Source: Chara braunii (lineage: Eukaryota > Plantae > Charophyceae). From it: 64,000 nucleotides of DNA. This document shows positions 12,475 to 25,180 of the stretch, in pieces (position 1 is the first letter of the stretch; every line of letters starts with the position of its first letter). The notes under the pieces were generated by a model that did no database searches, was not told the origin of the DNA, and saw nothing but the letters and a program-made list of their open reading frames with translations. A program made the position numbers and the translations under genes. Where the stretch lies: assembly GCA_003427395.1 (NCBI GenBank), contig BFEA01000023.1, positions 982,040 to 1,046,039 of the forward strand. Direction: 5' to 3'.

Positions 12475-12621
12475 TCAGTTTTTTTGGTTTTTGTACTTGC
12501 CTAGTCCGCTGGTTGTCGTCCTTTCCGCTGCTTTATGTGCTTGTGTGTTGTCTGCCCTCCTGCCTACCCTGTGCCCTCCAACCTATGTCTTGTCTTGATT
12601 TCCTTTGGTTCCCTAGTGTAT

Positions 12622-15600
12622 TGTGACACCCAAAACCTCACGCCCAGCGCGACTTCCTGATCAGAGTGGGATGTGGGCCTGGAAGTGCGAAAAGGGGTGT
12701 GTGCGACGCGCAACCTCATGCCCTGTGCTGTCTTTTGTTCGGAGTGTGAGACGTGTGGAAAGAGGCCCAGAAAAACAGCAAGATGGGGTGTGCCAAGGAT
12801 TTTTGGAAATTGAGTGTGGGGACACAGATGGAACTGAAATCCCCTGTGTAGGTCCGATGAAGCAAGTCGATTAATTTCGCGCGTCGCGGAATGCGCGCGC
12901 GGACATGGCACGAAAACAGAAAGATCCAAATTCAATCCAAAAAGTATTGTCGTGCCTCCCACCGGGCAACAGCTGGTCGTTTAGAACAGAAAGGCTTTGG
13001 CACACTCCGCGTGTCCCGTTTTCGTATCAAATCTCGTCGTCGTTCCATGGTCAGTTCTGAGTCCGACGTGGATGGCCTCAGCCGCGTGGCTCTTTCTTTA
13101 TGCTCTTCTTCACTCCGCACACGGTAGTGGAAACCCCTGGACTCGTAGCGCTCAAAACGCTGACATTCGGTGCACAGAGTGCGCGGCCAGTGGGGTTCTA
13201 CTGCCGTCCACGGAATGACGATCAACTCGTTAAATGGTAACAATACGGAGTAAGGTGGGAAGTGTGTGTCGATAATAACAAACCCGACTTCTACGAACCC
13301 AGATCAGCGGTTGGCCGAAGGGAAGTAATATTGCCCGCCGATTTGTGCAATGGCTTCTCGTACGTCCCACTCACATACACGTGTCCTTTCCTCACAGTAA
13401 GGAAAATGTCGCGTTGGGATGGGAGATACGGGAGGCTAGCGCCCAATCGAAGGGTACTTGTCAGTCCACATGTCAATGAATCACAAAATATCCTGAGACG
13501 TCATTAAGAACAAAAGCGATTCGCGCGTCCCCCAATCAATCTTTTTGACACAAGAGAGAGAGCAAACACAGACCAGCTTGATCATATATATGACTAAGGG
13601 ACCGATTCGTGACTCAGTTCAACACAACGTTGGCGCCTTGTTTCTCAAGGCCGCCTCGTGGCTCGGCTGCTGATGTCGTGCAGCATAAGGCAGATGGCAT
13701 GCGCAGTGCAAACAGAGCTACAGATCTAAACACTTGCATTCTCGAACAAAATCCCGACGACAATCGTCTAATCAACACGAAAAGAGTCACACGTTTCCCT
13801 ACATGCATTTACTGTGAAAGGTGCAAAAATGAGCCATGCATAGGAAAAGATGGATCGCATCGCACAATAGACATGCATCCACCATTCACAAGACAAGAAG
13901 ATAGAGTCCTTGCGTAGGAGGATTACCCAGGAAACTAATGAAAGAGTTCCGGAAGAAGTTCTTTCACACAAAAAGAGGACGCCGACTCATTCCCATTCAA
14001 GAGAGGGACAATCATTCAGACGCATCATCAGTCAAAAAGAGAGAAAGGGAGAGAGAGAGAGTCGAGGGAAAGAGAGTCAAAATAGAAGATGACAAAAGTT
14101 CGGCGTCACCGCTGTACACTCACGCCAAGGATACCAATCCGCAACAAAGGCGCATTCGTCGTTAATTCCAATATGACCCCGGACCAATCAACTCAACTTC
14201 GAACATCGATCCTCATACCAGCACCGATGATCCCGGACGTCGCGTGCTAACTCCCACCACTACGATGGTCACCCCGCTGTCGTAAACTCGACATGGTTCG
14301 CCCGGATCCCACAGTCCGTCGTGGCAATCAAGAGCGCAACTGGCCAGCCTATCGTCAGCCCGACAGGACTTTCTGACTCGCTTTAAAACAGTCTGCCTAG
14401 CCACTGCTTCCCGGAAGCTGGCTTGGGAGTCGAGAACGTAAGAGAGATATGCGGACGCACTTGCGGGTTTTATGGTTGCGACAGGGGAGATAGAAGGGGG
14501 AGAAGGAGACAGGAAAGCTGAGGTGTAAGTGGAGAAGCAGGAGGAGAGAGTGCTCTACGAACGTCATGCTGATCCCTCGGAACTCAAGGTTCAACCAATC
14601 AGATTCGTCGCGTGATAGGAAGGTCCTATCGATCCACGCACCTGATTGGCGAGCGGGAGTTATCGGGGGATCGACTGGGCGTCGTACGCCAGACGTAGAG
14701 GGTGAGAAAAGAAAAGGCGCGAGAGGTGGCGCAAGACGGGTCCAAGATTCAGATGATAAAGAAAGGAAAATAGGCGCGTGAAAGCAAGGCGAGAGAGAGA
14801 GAGAGGGAGAAGGAAAAACAGTTACGGGAAGAGAGAAAAAGGAGGGAGAAGGGAAGGGAGGCGCGGGAGGGAGCGATGCCGGGGACAGAGAGGAGGAAGC
14901 TTTTGCCTGCACGGCGCCGTCAACAAAAAAAAAAGAAAAAGGCACCGAAACAGTTACAGCTTGCTTTTATCCTAATTCAAAATTGAAATCACCATATCCG
15001 CGCGCGGAAAAGCGACGGGGGAAAAGAAAATCCTACGCCTATTCGTATTCACGCAAAATTCCGAGAGTTTTCCCCGATGCGCCCAAAAACATTCACACAC
15101 ACAAAAAAGACACGTTGAAGTTCCGCTTATCCCGAAATTCCCAACTACCGAGCCCGATTCCCAGTGCGCTTGCTGAGGCGCATGTAAATTCCCATGTATT
15201 TCCTGATTTTACAAGAAGAAAAACAGAACTCAGTAGTTGAAAAAGCTCTCAAAAAGGAAAATGTGGCACCCGAAAGCAAGAACTTAAAACAGGGTTTTTC
15301 TGGGGTTGGTATGATACAAGCAAAAGAAAGGGTACGAAAGATGGCACGGGGTCGGGAAGTGGTTCGTCACATGTGCCAAGGATTTTTGGGGAAAGTGGGG
15401 GTGGAGTCCCAAGTTAGAACTGAGATCTCCTGTGGCAAAGTTTCAGGGGCATAGATGCAATTCGGCTAAGGAGGCGAGTTACTTCCAGTCTGAGGTGTTC
15501 GGGTCCTGCAGCATAAGGCAGATGGAATACACGGTGCATTCAAGGCCGTCTGATTCCTCTGTTTTGGTGGCGGCGGTTCGGGGAGGGGCTCGCCCGGGAT

Positions 15601-17631
15601 AGCTGTGTCCCCGATGAGTCGGACCTTTGGGTGTAGGCTCATGGCATCTATCGTTTCGTGTTCTGGTTAGGCCCTCTAGTTTCTGGGGCTCGTCGGTTGC
15701 TGCGTTGCCGACAATTTTCGCAAGACGTGCGGGGCCAATATGGGGCGATGGAATTCCACGGAACCACCGTGAGTTGGTGATACGGGAGGAGGAGACGGAA
15801 GGGGGGGAAATTGGTAGTGATAACAACATAATCGGGGGATATGAAGTACTGCGAGTTATCGGTAGTTGGATAATCGGGGCACCTTGGATCGCTGGTTACG
15901 ACACAGTGAAACTCCCTGGGGTTCAATCGATTCTCGCTTAAGCAGGGGAATTTCGGATATCTTTGCCTAATGCATTCCCTTACCCAAGGGTCGAAGTACT
16001 CCGAGTCCCATGAGCTTGGCATCTTATCATTGCTGTGTGATGGAATTCCTCCACACGCGTCTAATCGGCAAGGGGATGTTCCGACGTGATATTATAATTC
16101 CTTTCCGATTAGGTGCGTGGGGGAAGGACAATTCCCATCTACCCGATATCGAAGGCGTCAAGTTCCTCGATGGTCGCGAATCAGCGCGCGTGGATACGTG
16201 TGGCTGCGCAGATCAGATCGCGCTTACACGCATCCCCGCGAGGTATTCGCTTGTTTCTGGACAAACAACTATCCAATGATCTAATCACTCCGTGATCCCG
16301 TATACAATCGTTCTTGAGCATGCTCGGTGCTACTACACACCAGGCCTCGCAACAATAATCAATGGAAAGGAGATAAACAAGAATAGAAGCAGTATCGACG
16401 ACTACGCAAAAAGTTCCTACCAAATGACAGGCAAAGACAAGGGTCAGGCAAAAGAAGAGCAACAAATATGATATTCATTCATCCATTCATTCGACAAAAC
16501 ACACACCAAACAAGATCGAGATCGATCGCAAAACGGGCGAATCGCCCTGAGCCGAGATCAAAATTTATATACAAAAGCAAGGAGGAAGACAAGACAAAGA
16601 AAACTGCAAACCACGTCCATCAAACTCAGCTCACTCTTCCTCTCTCTTTCTCTCCGATACAGACAGTCCGTCGTCACGCACCAACCCACGAAGTCGTCAC
16701 CCCGCTTAGTCCTCCCGCACCCTTCAGGTTCGGCCGCACGCTACACTCTGTCGTAACCCCACGCTTCAACCCCGTGCGTTCGACACCAGTTAGTCGGGTC
16801 GCCCGATTCCCACTTCAACTCACCTCTTACTTCGCTCGTGAGCCGACCCTGACTGATCACGCTCCCCAAGCTTCCAACAACTGGTTAAGAGAGTTATCTA
16901 ATCGCGCAGCCGGTATTTATAGCGTGCATGCATGTGCGAAGAACACGGAATTGCAAGGACTTAGAAAAGAGATTAGGAGAGGGAGCGTCTGCGTTCTGCA
17001 GGTCATGGTGCTAACTAGACACAGCAAAAGAGGGAGACAGAGCGAGAAAGACGAAGCTCAAGAAGAAAGATACAGTTACAATGACGCCCGCCCAAAATTA
17101 CAGTTACACACACGATTAAGGGCGCTGACTAATCAGAGTTCCGTTGCAGCCGCAAAAAGAAGCGCGTAAGCAAAAATCGCTGCGGGGCAAAAAAAAATCC
17201 TAAATTTCAAAATTCCAAAATTCCTATTTTAATGCAGAAAAAGCAAAAAGCACGAATTTCGAAAGGAAAGTCTGAAATTCCGAGAGGCATTGGGGCTCGA
17301 CAAGATTCGAAAAGAAAATTAAAAAAGAACGAAGCAAAAATTTTCGCGCGGTCTCCGCGCCTAAATCCAACAACAGAAAACGAAAAGGCACGACGTCAAC
17401 CAGTATTATTCGCGCGCTCGACGACGCGCCACTCAATCGATCATCCCAGGACTCGCCCGGCGCTGCACCCACTCATCCAAAAAGAGACGACGCAAAAAGA
17501 CGAAGAAACGAGGACACGAATGCAATTTCCTTTCAATCCCGATCTCCCGTAATTGGCCCATCCTTCCCAGCTTAGGACCCCTCATTGTTATCGCGCAAAA
17601 AATCGTGCGGAACAGAATTCGGTTCGTCACA
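12622..17631 (-). mobile_element. Solo LTR C (subfamily 2), 4-bp TSD GTAT, hosts nested LTR B; embedded ORF about 15648-16022
   Basis: gtat|tgtgacaccca...ggttcgtcaca|gtat. After removing B it is colinear with 44870-47566. Confidence 0.9.
12702..15371 (-). mobile_element. Solo LTR B (subfamily 1) nested in LTR C, 4-bp TSD TGTG; embedded ORF 12932-13471 with two stops
   Basis: tgtg|tgcgacgcgca...ggttcgtcaca|tgtg. The empty site aaaggggtgtgccaagg is seen in LTR D (reverse of about 36202-36218). Confidence 0.9.
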
Positions 17632-18018
17632 GTATCCTTCATTCTATGTGACTTGTTGTGACTTGCTCTACCGAGGCTTTTCAACAGCGTTCAGTGTTTG
17701 GGTTTGGTACTTGGCTTATCTGCTGGTTGTTGTTGTCTGCTTGCGTTGTGTGCCTATGTGTTGTCTACATAAGGGTAGCGAGCCCTTCGTCGCCAGGGAG
17801 CAATGAAAGTTATGAAACTGGGAAGAACGTGAAATTATCCATTTTCCCTGGTAAATGTCGTTCCTGCCACGCTTGAGGCATGCCATACCTACATCAGGCT
17901 ACATGGTTATGGAGTACAAGGTGCGCAACTGTGCCAGTGATTTTTCATCTTAGAAATGTATGATGCACTGATGCAGGCAAACGTGTCATTGCATATTGAT
18001 GATATTGTACGTACATAG

Positions 18019-18019
<1 letters not shown>

Positions 18020-18053
<34 letters not shown>

Positions 18054-18059
18054 GACACA

Positions 18060-18104
<45 letters not shown>

Positions 18105-18229
18105 TCAACCTCCTGATGAGTCGGTGACTTGGTGAAAGTCCAACGAAATAGTCTGGCAAAGTCATGCTTTTTTGAGTGTATGGCGAATATGTACAGCACA
18201 CACACACACGCACACACACACACACACAC

Positions 18230-18279
<50 letters not shown>

Positions 18280-18377
18280 AACCTCCTGAGAAGTCCGTGA
18301 AAGTCCGACGAAACAGTCTGGCATACTGGAACAGTCACGCTTTTTTTAGTGTATGGCAAATATGACAACACACACAC

Positions 18378-18450
<73 letters not shown>
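18020..18450. repeat. (CA)n/(CT)n microsatellites interleaved with a duplicated unit of about 85 bp (18105-18190, 18279-18365)
   Basis: caacctcctga...gtgaaagtcc.acgaaa.agtctggca...tgtatggc.aatatg occurs twice. Confidence 0.8.
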
Positions 18451-18452
<2 letters not shown>

Positions 18453-18603
18453 CCAATGGATATGCCAATGCATAGACATGTGTGCTTGCATGTGTGTGCA
18501 CACAAACATGCACATGGCTGAGTCACTGAGTGGGTATCTAGAGTGGGTTCTAACTTTTATGGCTGTGACAGATTAGTTTTTCAGACTTACTTCCATACTC
18601 GTA

Positions 18604-20367
18604 TGTGACGAACCAGCTTCTGGACCTGCGCCATCTTTCGGACCCCTTCCCTTGCCGTGTTTTCTTTGCATCAAGATGTGTCCTGCTCAGCCCTTGAAGA
18701 CCCCCCCCCGCCCGTCCTTTTTTTTCTCGATTAAAGGTACCTTGCTGGAATCTGTATTCTTGAAACTCCGTCATTTTTGCAATTTGGAAATGCATGGGAA
18801 TTACGCGCGCCTTAGTGAGTGCGCTCGGAATTTGGCTCGACAGTTAGGAATTCCGGAATTAACGGGACGAGGCGTGTCCTTTCACACGCGAATATTCTCG
18901 TCCTCGATATGGAAAACTCTAGGAATCTGGAAGGAATATGGATAGACTTAGGACTTTCTTTCTTTTCCCGCATCTGCTTTTCTCGCGGATATGGTGACTT
19001 CAATTTTTGAATTAGCGTAGGACTGGGAAAAACTGTTTCGGTGCTCATTTTTCTTTTGCCGATCAACACCATGCAAATGAGCTTTCTCCTCCTTCCTTCT
19101 CGCGCTCCTCCCAGCGCACTTCTTCGCGTGCACATGCTTTCTCACGCTCTCTCCCTGTAACTGTTTTTCTCTCTCCTTTCCCGCGCGCGCCCTTTTTCTC
19201 TTTTTTGATTATCAGAATCTTGGATCCGTTTCGCGCTATCCTTCGCACTCCTTTTCTTCCCGCTCTAAGACACACACTCGAAAAACCGGTCGATCCTCCC
19301 TTCCCATCTGGCCAAGGAGAAGCGCCGTGTAAGAGGAGATTCCTATTGCACGACGGTTCTGATTGGCCGAGATCGCGTTGTAAGGGATCAACATGGCTTT
19401 CACCGGGCGACTACCCTTAAGGCCTTCCTTACCCTCCTCTACCCTACCATTCATCCTTCCCCGCATCTCTCTCCCTCCTCGCAACTATAAATTCCGCCGA
19501 CGCATCCGCAAAGCTCTCTCTCAACTCGTCAGCCAGCTTCCGGGAAGCAGTGGCTAGATGGTGTGCATGTGGTGCGAGTCGAAAAGTCCCGACGGGCTGA
19601 CTGTAGACTGGCTGGTTGTGCGCCTGATCGCCACGACGGAATGTGGGATCGGGGCAAGCGCACGCAGAAACTAAGTCCGCGGGGTGACGATCGCAATGGT
19701 GGCAGGTGGCACACGACGGCCGGGCCCGTCGGTGCAGGTATGAGGATTGACATGAGTTGGATGGATGAATGGCCCGGGGCCATGGTGGAACGTTACGGTG
19801 GATGCGCCCCTTTGTCTCTTTCCTATTCTTTGGTATGAGTGCAACTTCGCGGCAGTTAAGCCGGAAACTATTTTCATCTCCAGACTTCCGTGTGATTGTT
19901 CTTTATGGAGTTCATTTCGCTCGCTCGTCTTCTAATGTGAATGGTTATGCATGTTTGAGAATGGTTGCTTGATGGGTCGATGCTTTGATTAGACTCGGAG
20001 TAACGGGGCGGGGGTGCGCAACACATGGAGCAGAGCAATTTGATAGGTGCAGAAATTTGAGTTGCTTAATCTCCCTGGTTGTGGTGGTCCCCCAGGGAGA
20101 TTGAGCACCTATCAAATTGCTCAATCTCCCTGGTTGTTGTGGATGTCGCACCGCGAACAGGCGAACAAAATCGAGGTCTGGCAGTGACGGACCCTCCCTT
20201 CTTACTAAGCCGGACCGGCACAGGGGATTTCGGTTCTGTCTGTGTCCCCACACTCAATTTTCCAAAAATCCTTGGCACACCCCACCTCGCTGTCTTCCTG
20301 GGGCCCCCTTCCGCAATTTAAACACTTCGAACGGAAGCCAGCGTTGGGCGTGAGGTTGCGCGTCACA
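18604..20367 (+). mobile_element. LTR F (subfamily 1), internally deleted (no embedded ORF), no TSD
   Basis: tgtgacgaacc...gggcgtgaggttgcgcgtcaca; CTATAAATTCC near 19484; reverse-complement homolog of A, B and G. Confidence 0.85.
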
Positions 20368-21701
20368 ATCACAAATCCACTCTCGTAAATTGCTAAATTG
20401 CAATTAGCGAAGTGAGTCCCTTACCCTTGGATACAAATGTGAGGTCGCTGGCCTAGAGTGCAATTTCATTTCGTAATACTCAATACTTAAACAGGGGCAA
20501 CTGATGGATCATCATGCCATCAGCATTAGCGGGGCAACTGGTGGATCCTTATGCCATCAGCATTAGCGGTGGTCTTTTCTCGCCTACCTTCTTCCCCGAA
20601 TACAACGTACGGTCATTAGCTGCATTTGAGGCATCTTTCAGTCTAGATACAACTATAATGACCGTACGTTGTATTCGGGGGAAGAATGTAGCGTTACATG
20701 TTCTGCACAATTCACAATTATTGGACTAAGGGGCTTGTTCCACAACACTTGAAAATCTTTAAGTATGAAGGGCGCATTAATGTCCAGATTAATGTCCAGG
20801 ACTACTAGACTAATTTGACCTACTCCTACTTTTGCCCCATGTGCCCTAGAAAAGATCATTGAAACCGCCGCAAATTCCGGGCATTGAATAATATTTTGTT
20901 GTTTTCTATCACAATGATATGGCAACAATGGCGAACCCCTGTTTGCTTGCTGAGAAGTTTCTGCCTCTGAGCTCAAGACACCTCACAAAGTTCCCATGTG
21001 TTCAAAAGCGATTTTACCCCTGGTGCCCTTGAGTTTCTAAAGCCATCCCTTGGAACAACAAATGCGAAAACGTCTCCGGAAGTCATATAGGGAGCGGTGA
21101 ATAATGACTTTCACACGTCCCTTCAACTCAAGTGCAATGGAACGGGACCCTAACCTAGGGCCCCACATAAAAAAAACAGGGCCCCGCATTGCTGTGCAGC
21201 ACCGGCGTTGTTGACTTGTAATTTTGCGAAAAGTTGTAGATCCCCCCCGCCCTCAAGAAAGGGTTGGCCCCCAAAGGCTTGACGCATGGGGGGGTCAGTC
21301 CAATCAGTAACTTTTGCCCCAGCTTTCGGGGGCCTGTCACACCTTTTGCCACCGTCCAGAGGCAAACAACTTAACACAAGTACAAACGTTTTGTCGCCTG
21401 GGCCCTGGAGGGATCTATAACTTTCCCCATCATTTTTTCCGTTTTTTCCTTTGTTTTTCAATAAGAAAGCGGCCAAAGGGCGATGGCGTTCATATATGAC
21501 CATCAGACTAACAAGCCCATGTAAATTCAATTTCTAATCTTACAGGGCGGCCTTATTGCCTTCAGTGAACGCCATATACTCTCACATGCACATGACAGCA
21601 GAGGCGGCACCCAGCCCCACAACGACTTAGGTGGGGGACGCTGGCTAGGGGTCAACCAGCAGCGGGGGGACTGTGCATCATCTGAGTGGCCAGTCGCGGT
21701 G

Positions 21702-24305
21702 TGTGACGCGCAGGGGACACTGACAGAACTGAAATCCCCCGTGTTGGCCTGATAAAGTAAGTCGGTTACTTTCGTGCATTGCGGAATGCGCAAACGGGCA
21801 CGGCGCGAAAGGAGAAAAATCCAAATTCAATCCAAAAAGTATTGTCGAGCTTCCCACCTCGCTATGGATCTTCGTTTAGAGCGGAACAACTTCGGTACAC
21901 TCCGCGTATCCTGTTTCCGCTCGTTGGTCAGTTCTGAGTCTGACGTGGATGGTCTCAGCCGCGTGGCTCTTTCCTTGTGCTCGTCTTCACTCCGTATCCA
22001 GTAGTGGAAGCCCTTTGATTCGTAGCGATCGAAACACTGGCACTCAGTGCACAGGGTTCGAGGCCAATGGGGTGCCACTGCCATCCACGGAATGACGATT
22101 AGCTCGTTAAATGGCAACAATACGGAATAGGGTGGGAAGTGCGTATCGATAATGGCAAAGCCCGCATCCACGAACCCGGAACAACGATTTTCAGGAGGGA
22201 AGTAGTATTGTCCGCCGATGCGTGCGACAGCTTCTCGTACGTCCCACTCGCATACACGTGTCCTTTCCTCGTTGTAGGGGAAGGGGGGCGCCGGTGAGGG
22301 AGATACGGAAGGCTGGCGCCCGATCGAGGAAAGACCGTTAGTCCACATATCAATCAATCAAACAGAGTTTACACAAATCCTTGATACGTCATCAAAAAGC
22401 ACGATCGAAGAAGGACTAATTAGTATCTGCCTTCCTTTAGTTAAGGGAGGAGCATCCCATGCATCACTCGGGTTGGAGTTCCGAGGGATCAACTTGTGAC
22501 TCAGTTTTAGCAGACCAGATCAACAAAACAGGAGTCGCTTAGCGTTTCCGAGGCTGCCTTAGAGATTGTCTGTGGATGTCAGGCAGCATAAGGCAGATGA
22601 CATGCGCAGTGCATTCAGAACCATAGATCTAAACACTCTTGCATTCTCGAACAAAATCCCGTTGGACGCTGAGTCTAATCAATCGCAAAAAAAAATACAA
22701 GCATTGCTATACATACATCCACTGTGGAAGGTGCGAAAATGACAAGGGTGCACAGGTCAGAAATCAACCGAGGGATTGTACACACCCATCCACCGTTCAC
22801 AAGACAAGAGAATTAAGTTCTCGACATCTGGGGATTACCCAGGAAACTAATGGAAGAGTTCCGGAAGAAGTTCTTCCGCGCGGGAACTCTCGAGAGCTCG
22901 CTTTGGTTCACAAGAGAGAGACAAGCCCTCGACACATCGTCATTCAAGTCAGAGAGAGAGAGAGAGGGATGGGAGGGATAGACGAGAACAAGCCGAGACT
23001 GGCGACACCAAAATTCAACAAGAGAGCATTCGGCTTTACAGCCATGAACTCACACCAAAAGAAATGATCCGCAATCACGAAGGCGCATTCGTCGTGAAAT
23101 TCCAATATGGCCCCAGGCCACTCATCCACTCAACTCCAATCACAAGTCCTCACACGTGCACCGACGATCCCGACCGTCGCGTGCTAACTTCCGCCACGGC
23201 GATCGTCACCCCGCTGACGCAGACTCGACTCGGCTCGCCAGGATCCCACAGTCCGTCGTGGCGATCAAGTGCGCAGCTGACCAGACTACAGTCAGCCTGA
23301 CAGGACTTTTCGACTCGCACCAAACGCATCACCTAGCCTTTTCTTCCTGGAATCTGGCTTGCGAGTGGAAAACGTAAGAGAGTTTTGCGGGCGCACTTGC
23401 GGAATTTATAGTTGTGAGAAAGGAGATAGATGGAGGAGGAGACGAAGGGGAGATCAAGGTGTAAGGGGAGAAGGTTCAGCGGAAGGTGCTCAAAGGAAGC
23501 CATGTTGATCCTTCAGAACCCGATAGTCGGCCAATCAGATTCGTCGCGCAATAGGGAGATCCTCTTACTCAACGCGTCTGATTGGTGAGCCGGGGTAAGT
23601 GGATGATCAACCGGGCTTCGCGAGCCAAGGTTGAAGAGCAAGGAGAGACGAGGCGCGAAAGGCAGCACGAGACGGGTCCAAGATTCAGATGATCAAAAAG
23701 GGGAAACAGGCGCGCAGAGAGGGAGAGAGGGAAAAACAGTTGCGATGGGAGGAGAAGGGGAGAGGGAAGGGAGAGAGAAGAGAGCGCGGGGGCAGAATGA
23801 CGCGGGAAAGAAGGAGGAGGAAGCTCGCATGCGCCGTGCAGACAGCAAGAGAAAAGGGCACCAAAACAGTTACTGCTTGCCTATGCCCAAAACCAATTAA
23901 AAAATTGAAATCACCATATCCGCGCGCGAAAGTCGACGCGGGAAAAGAAAGTCCTATGCCTATCCGTATTCTCACAAAATTACTAGAGTTTTCTCCGATG
24001 TGACCAAGAACATTCATGCAGGAAAAAAGATACGTCGGGCTCCGCTTATTCCGTAATTCCTAACTGTCGAGCCCGATTCCTCGTGCACTCGCTAAGGCGC
24101 GCGTAATTTCCCGTGCATTTCCCGAATTACAAAAAGCAGAATTCCAAAAATCAATAGAACTTCCAGGAAAATGGGGGTCCAAACAAGGCGCCTAAAAATA
24201 AAAAAAAGTGACGGGGGTTTTGTGGGGGCGGTATGATACAAAAAAAAGGGGTATTGGATCAAGGGGTACGAAAGATAGCATGGGTTCGGGAAATGGTTCG
24301 TCACA
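21702..24305 (-). mobile_element. LTR G (subfamily 1) with subterminal deletion of about 105 bp
   Basis: tgtgacgcgca...ggttcgtcaca. Flanks match an uninterrupted paralogous site at 48571-48630; target duplication imperfect. Confidence 0.88.
21827..22348 (-). CDS. Intact LTR-embedded hypothetical protein (173 aa, MWTN...IIDTHFPPYSVLLPFNELIVIPW...WPRTLCTEC)
   Basis: Open frame from an ATG-TGG-ACT start conserved in A, B and G. Protein-level motif shared with the diverged subfamily 2 LTRs. Confidence 0.6.
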   Translation of the reverse strand: MWTNGLSSIGRQPSVSPSPAPPFPYNEERTRVCEWDVREAVARIGGQYYFPPENRCSGFVDAGFAIIDTHFPPYSVLLPFNELIVIPWMAVAPHWPRTLCTECQCFDRYESKGFHYWIRSEDEHKERATRLRPSTSDSELTNERKQDTRSVPKLFRSKRRSIARWEARQYFLD

Positions 24306-24544
24306 AGCTGTGCCTCCCCGATTACCCCTCCTGCTACAAACATCAGGGGCGAGTTCCCATTAGCAAAGAGAATTGGATTGAGCTCCTGAATCTGGATGTG
24401 TTGTAAACAGAGATGCAGAAAAGCAGTTCAATCTCAAATTTCTGCACCTCTTCCGCTTCGGGAACAGGTCTAGATTCAGGCGTTCAATCCAATCCTTGTT
24501 GCTAGTGGGACCTCGGCCCAGGAGTGACTGCTTATGTCACATGG

Positions 24545-25180
24545 GAGTTTGTAATGGCAGAAAAAACAGGCAGTCGGCGACATTGTCATGGCCCAAGTTC
24601 GAAAAGGCGGTTGTAACTCACGCCGGCAGTGGTGTCAGGGTGGCCCTTTCCTTAAGGTGGTTGTGGTGTTTTTTTTTTTTTTTTTTTTTTTTTGGGCTTT
24701 AGCCCATCACGGCCACGGCCAGTCCGGGGGCATGGCCCTGTCTCTTATACACATCTAGATGTGTATAAGAGACAGGAGAGAGAGAGAGAGTGAAGAAGGT
24801 AAAGGGCCTGCGAAGAGTTTTTTTTTTTTTTTTTTGGGCAACTGTAGCCCATCACGGCCACGGCCAGTCCGGGGGCATGGCCTAGACATCGGGCCGTGGC
24901 CCAGCCACGGGTGTGGCCTAGACATCGTGGCCGTGGCCCAGCCGCGAGCGTGGCCTAGACATCGCGGCCATGGCCCGGCCACGGTTGTGGCCTAGAAATC
25001 GCGGCTGTGGCCATATGGACATCTCTGCCGCATGCGCACAAAAAAAAAAAGAAAAAAAAAGAAGAAAACCACAACCGCCTTACCCTGACACCACTGCCGG
25101 CCTGAGTTACAACCGCCTTTTCGAACTCAGGCCATGAGAAAGTTGCCTACTGCCTGTTTTTTCTGCCTCTGTGAACTCAT
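24545..25180. mobile_element. Long-TIR (about 130 bp) non-autonomous DNA element with internal GGCC-rich short repeats
   Basis: ggcagaaaaaacaggcag...gaaaaggcggttgtaactca...ggtgtcaggg is inverted at 25068-25170. Exact ends and TSD unresolved. Confidence 0.7.
24738..24775. other. Nextera mate-pair junction adapter (Tn5 mosaic ends), assembly artefact
   Basis: Exact CTGTCTCTTATACACATCT+AGATGTGTATAAGAGACAG. Confidence 0.98.

Noticed and set aside
24738-24775. Tn5/IS50 ends as horizontal transfer
   Set aside because: Exact back-to-back mosaic ends are the Nextera mate-pair adapter.
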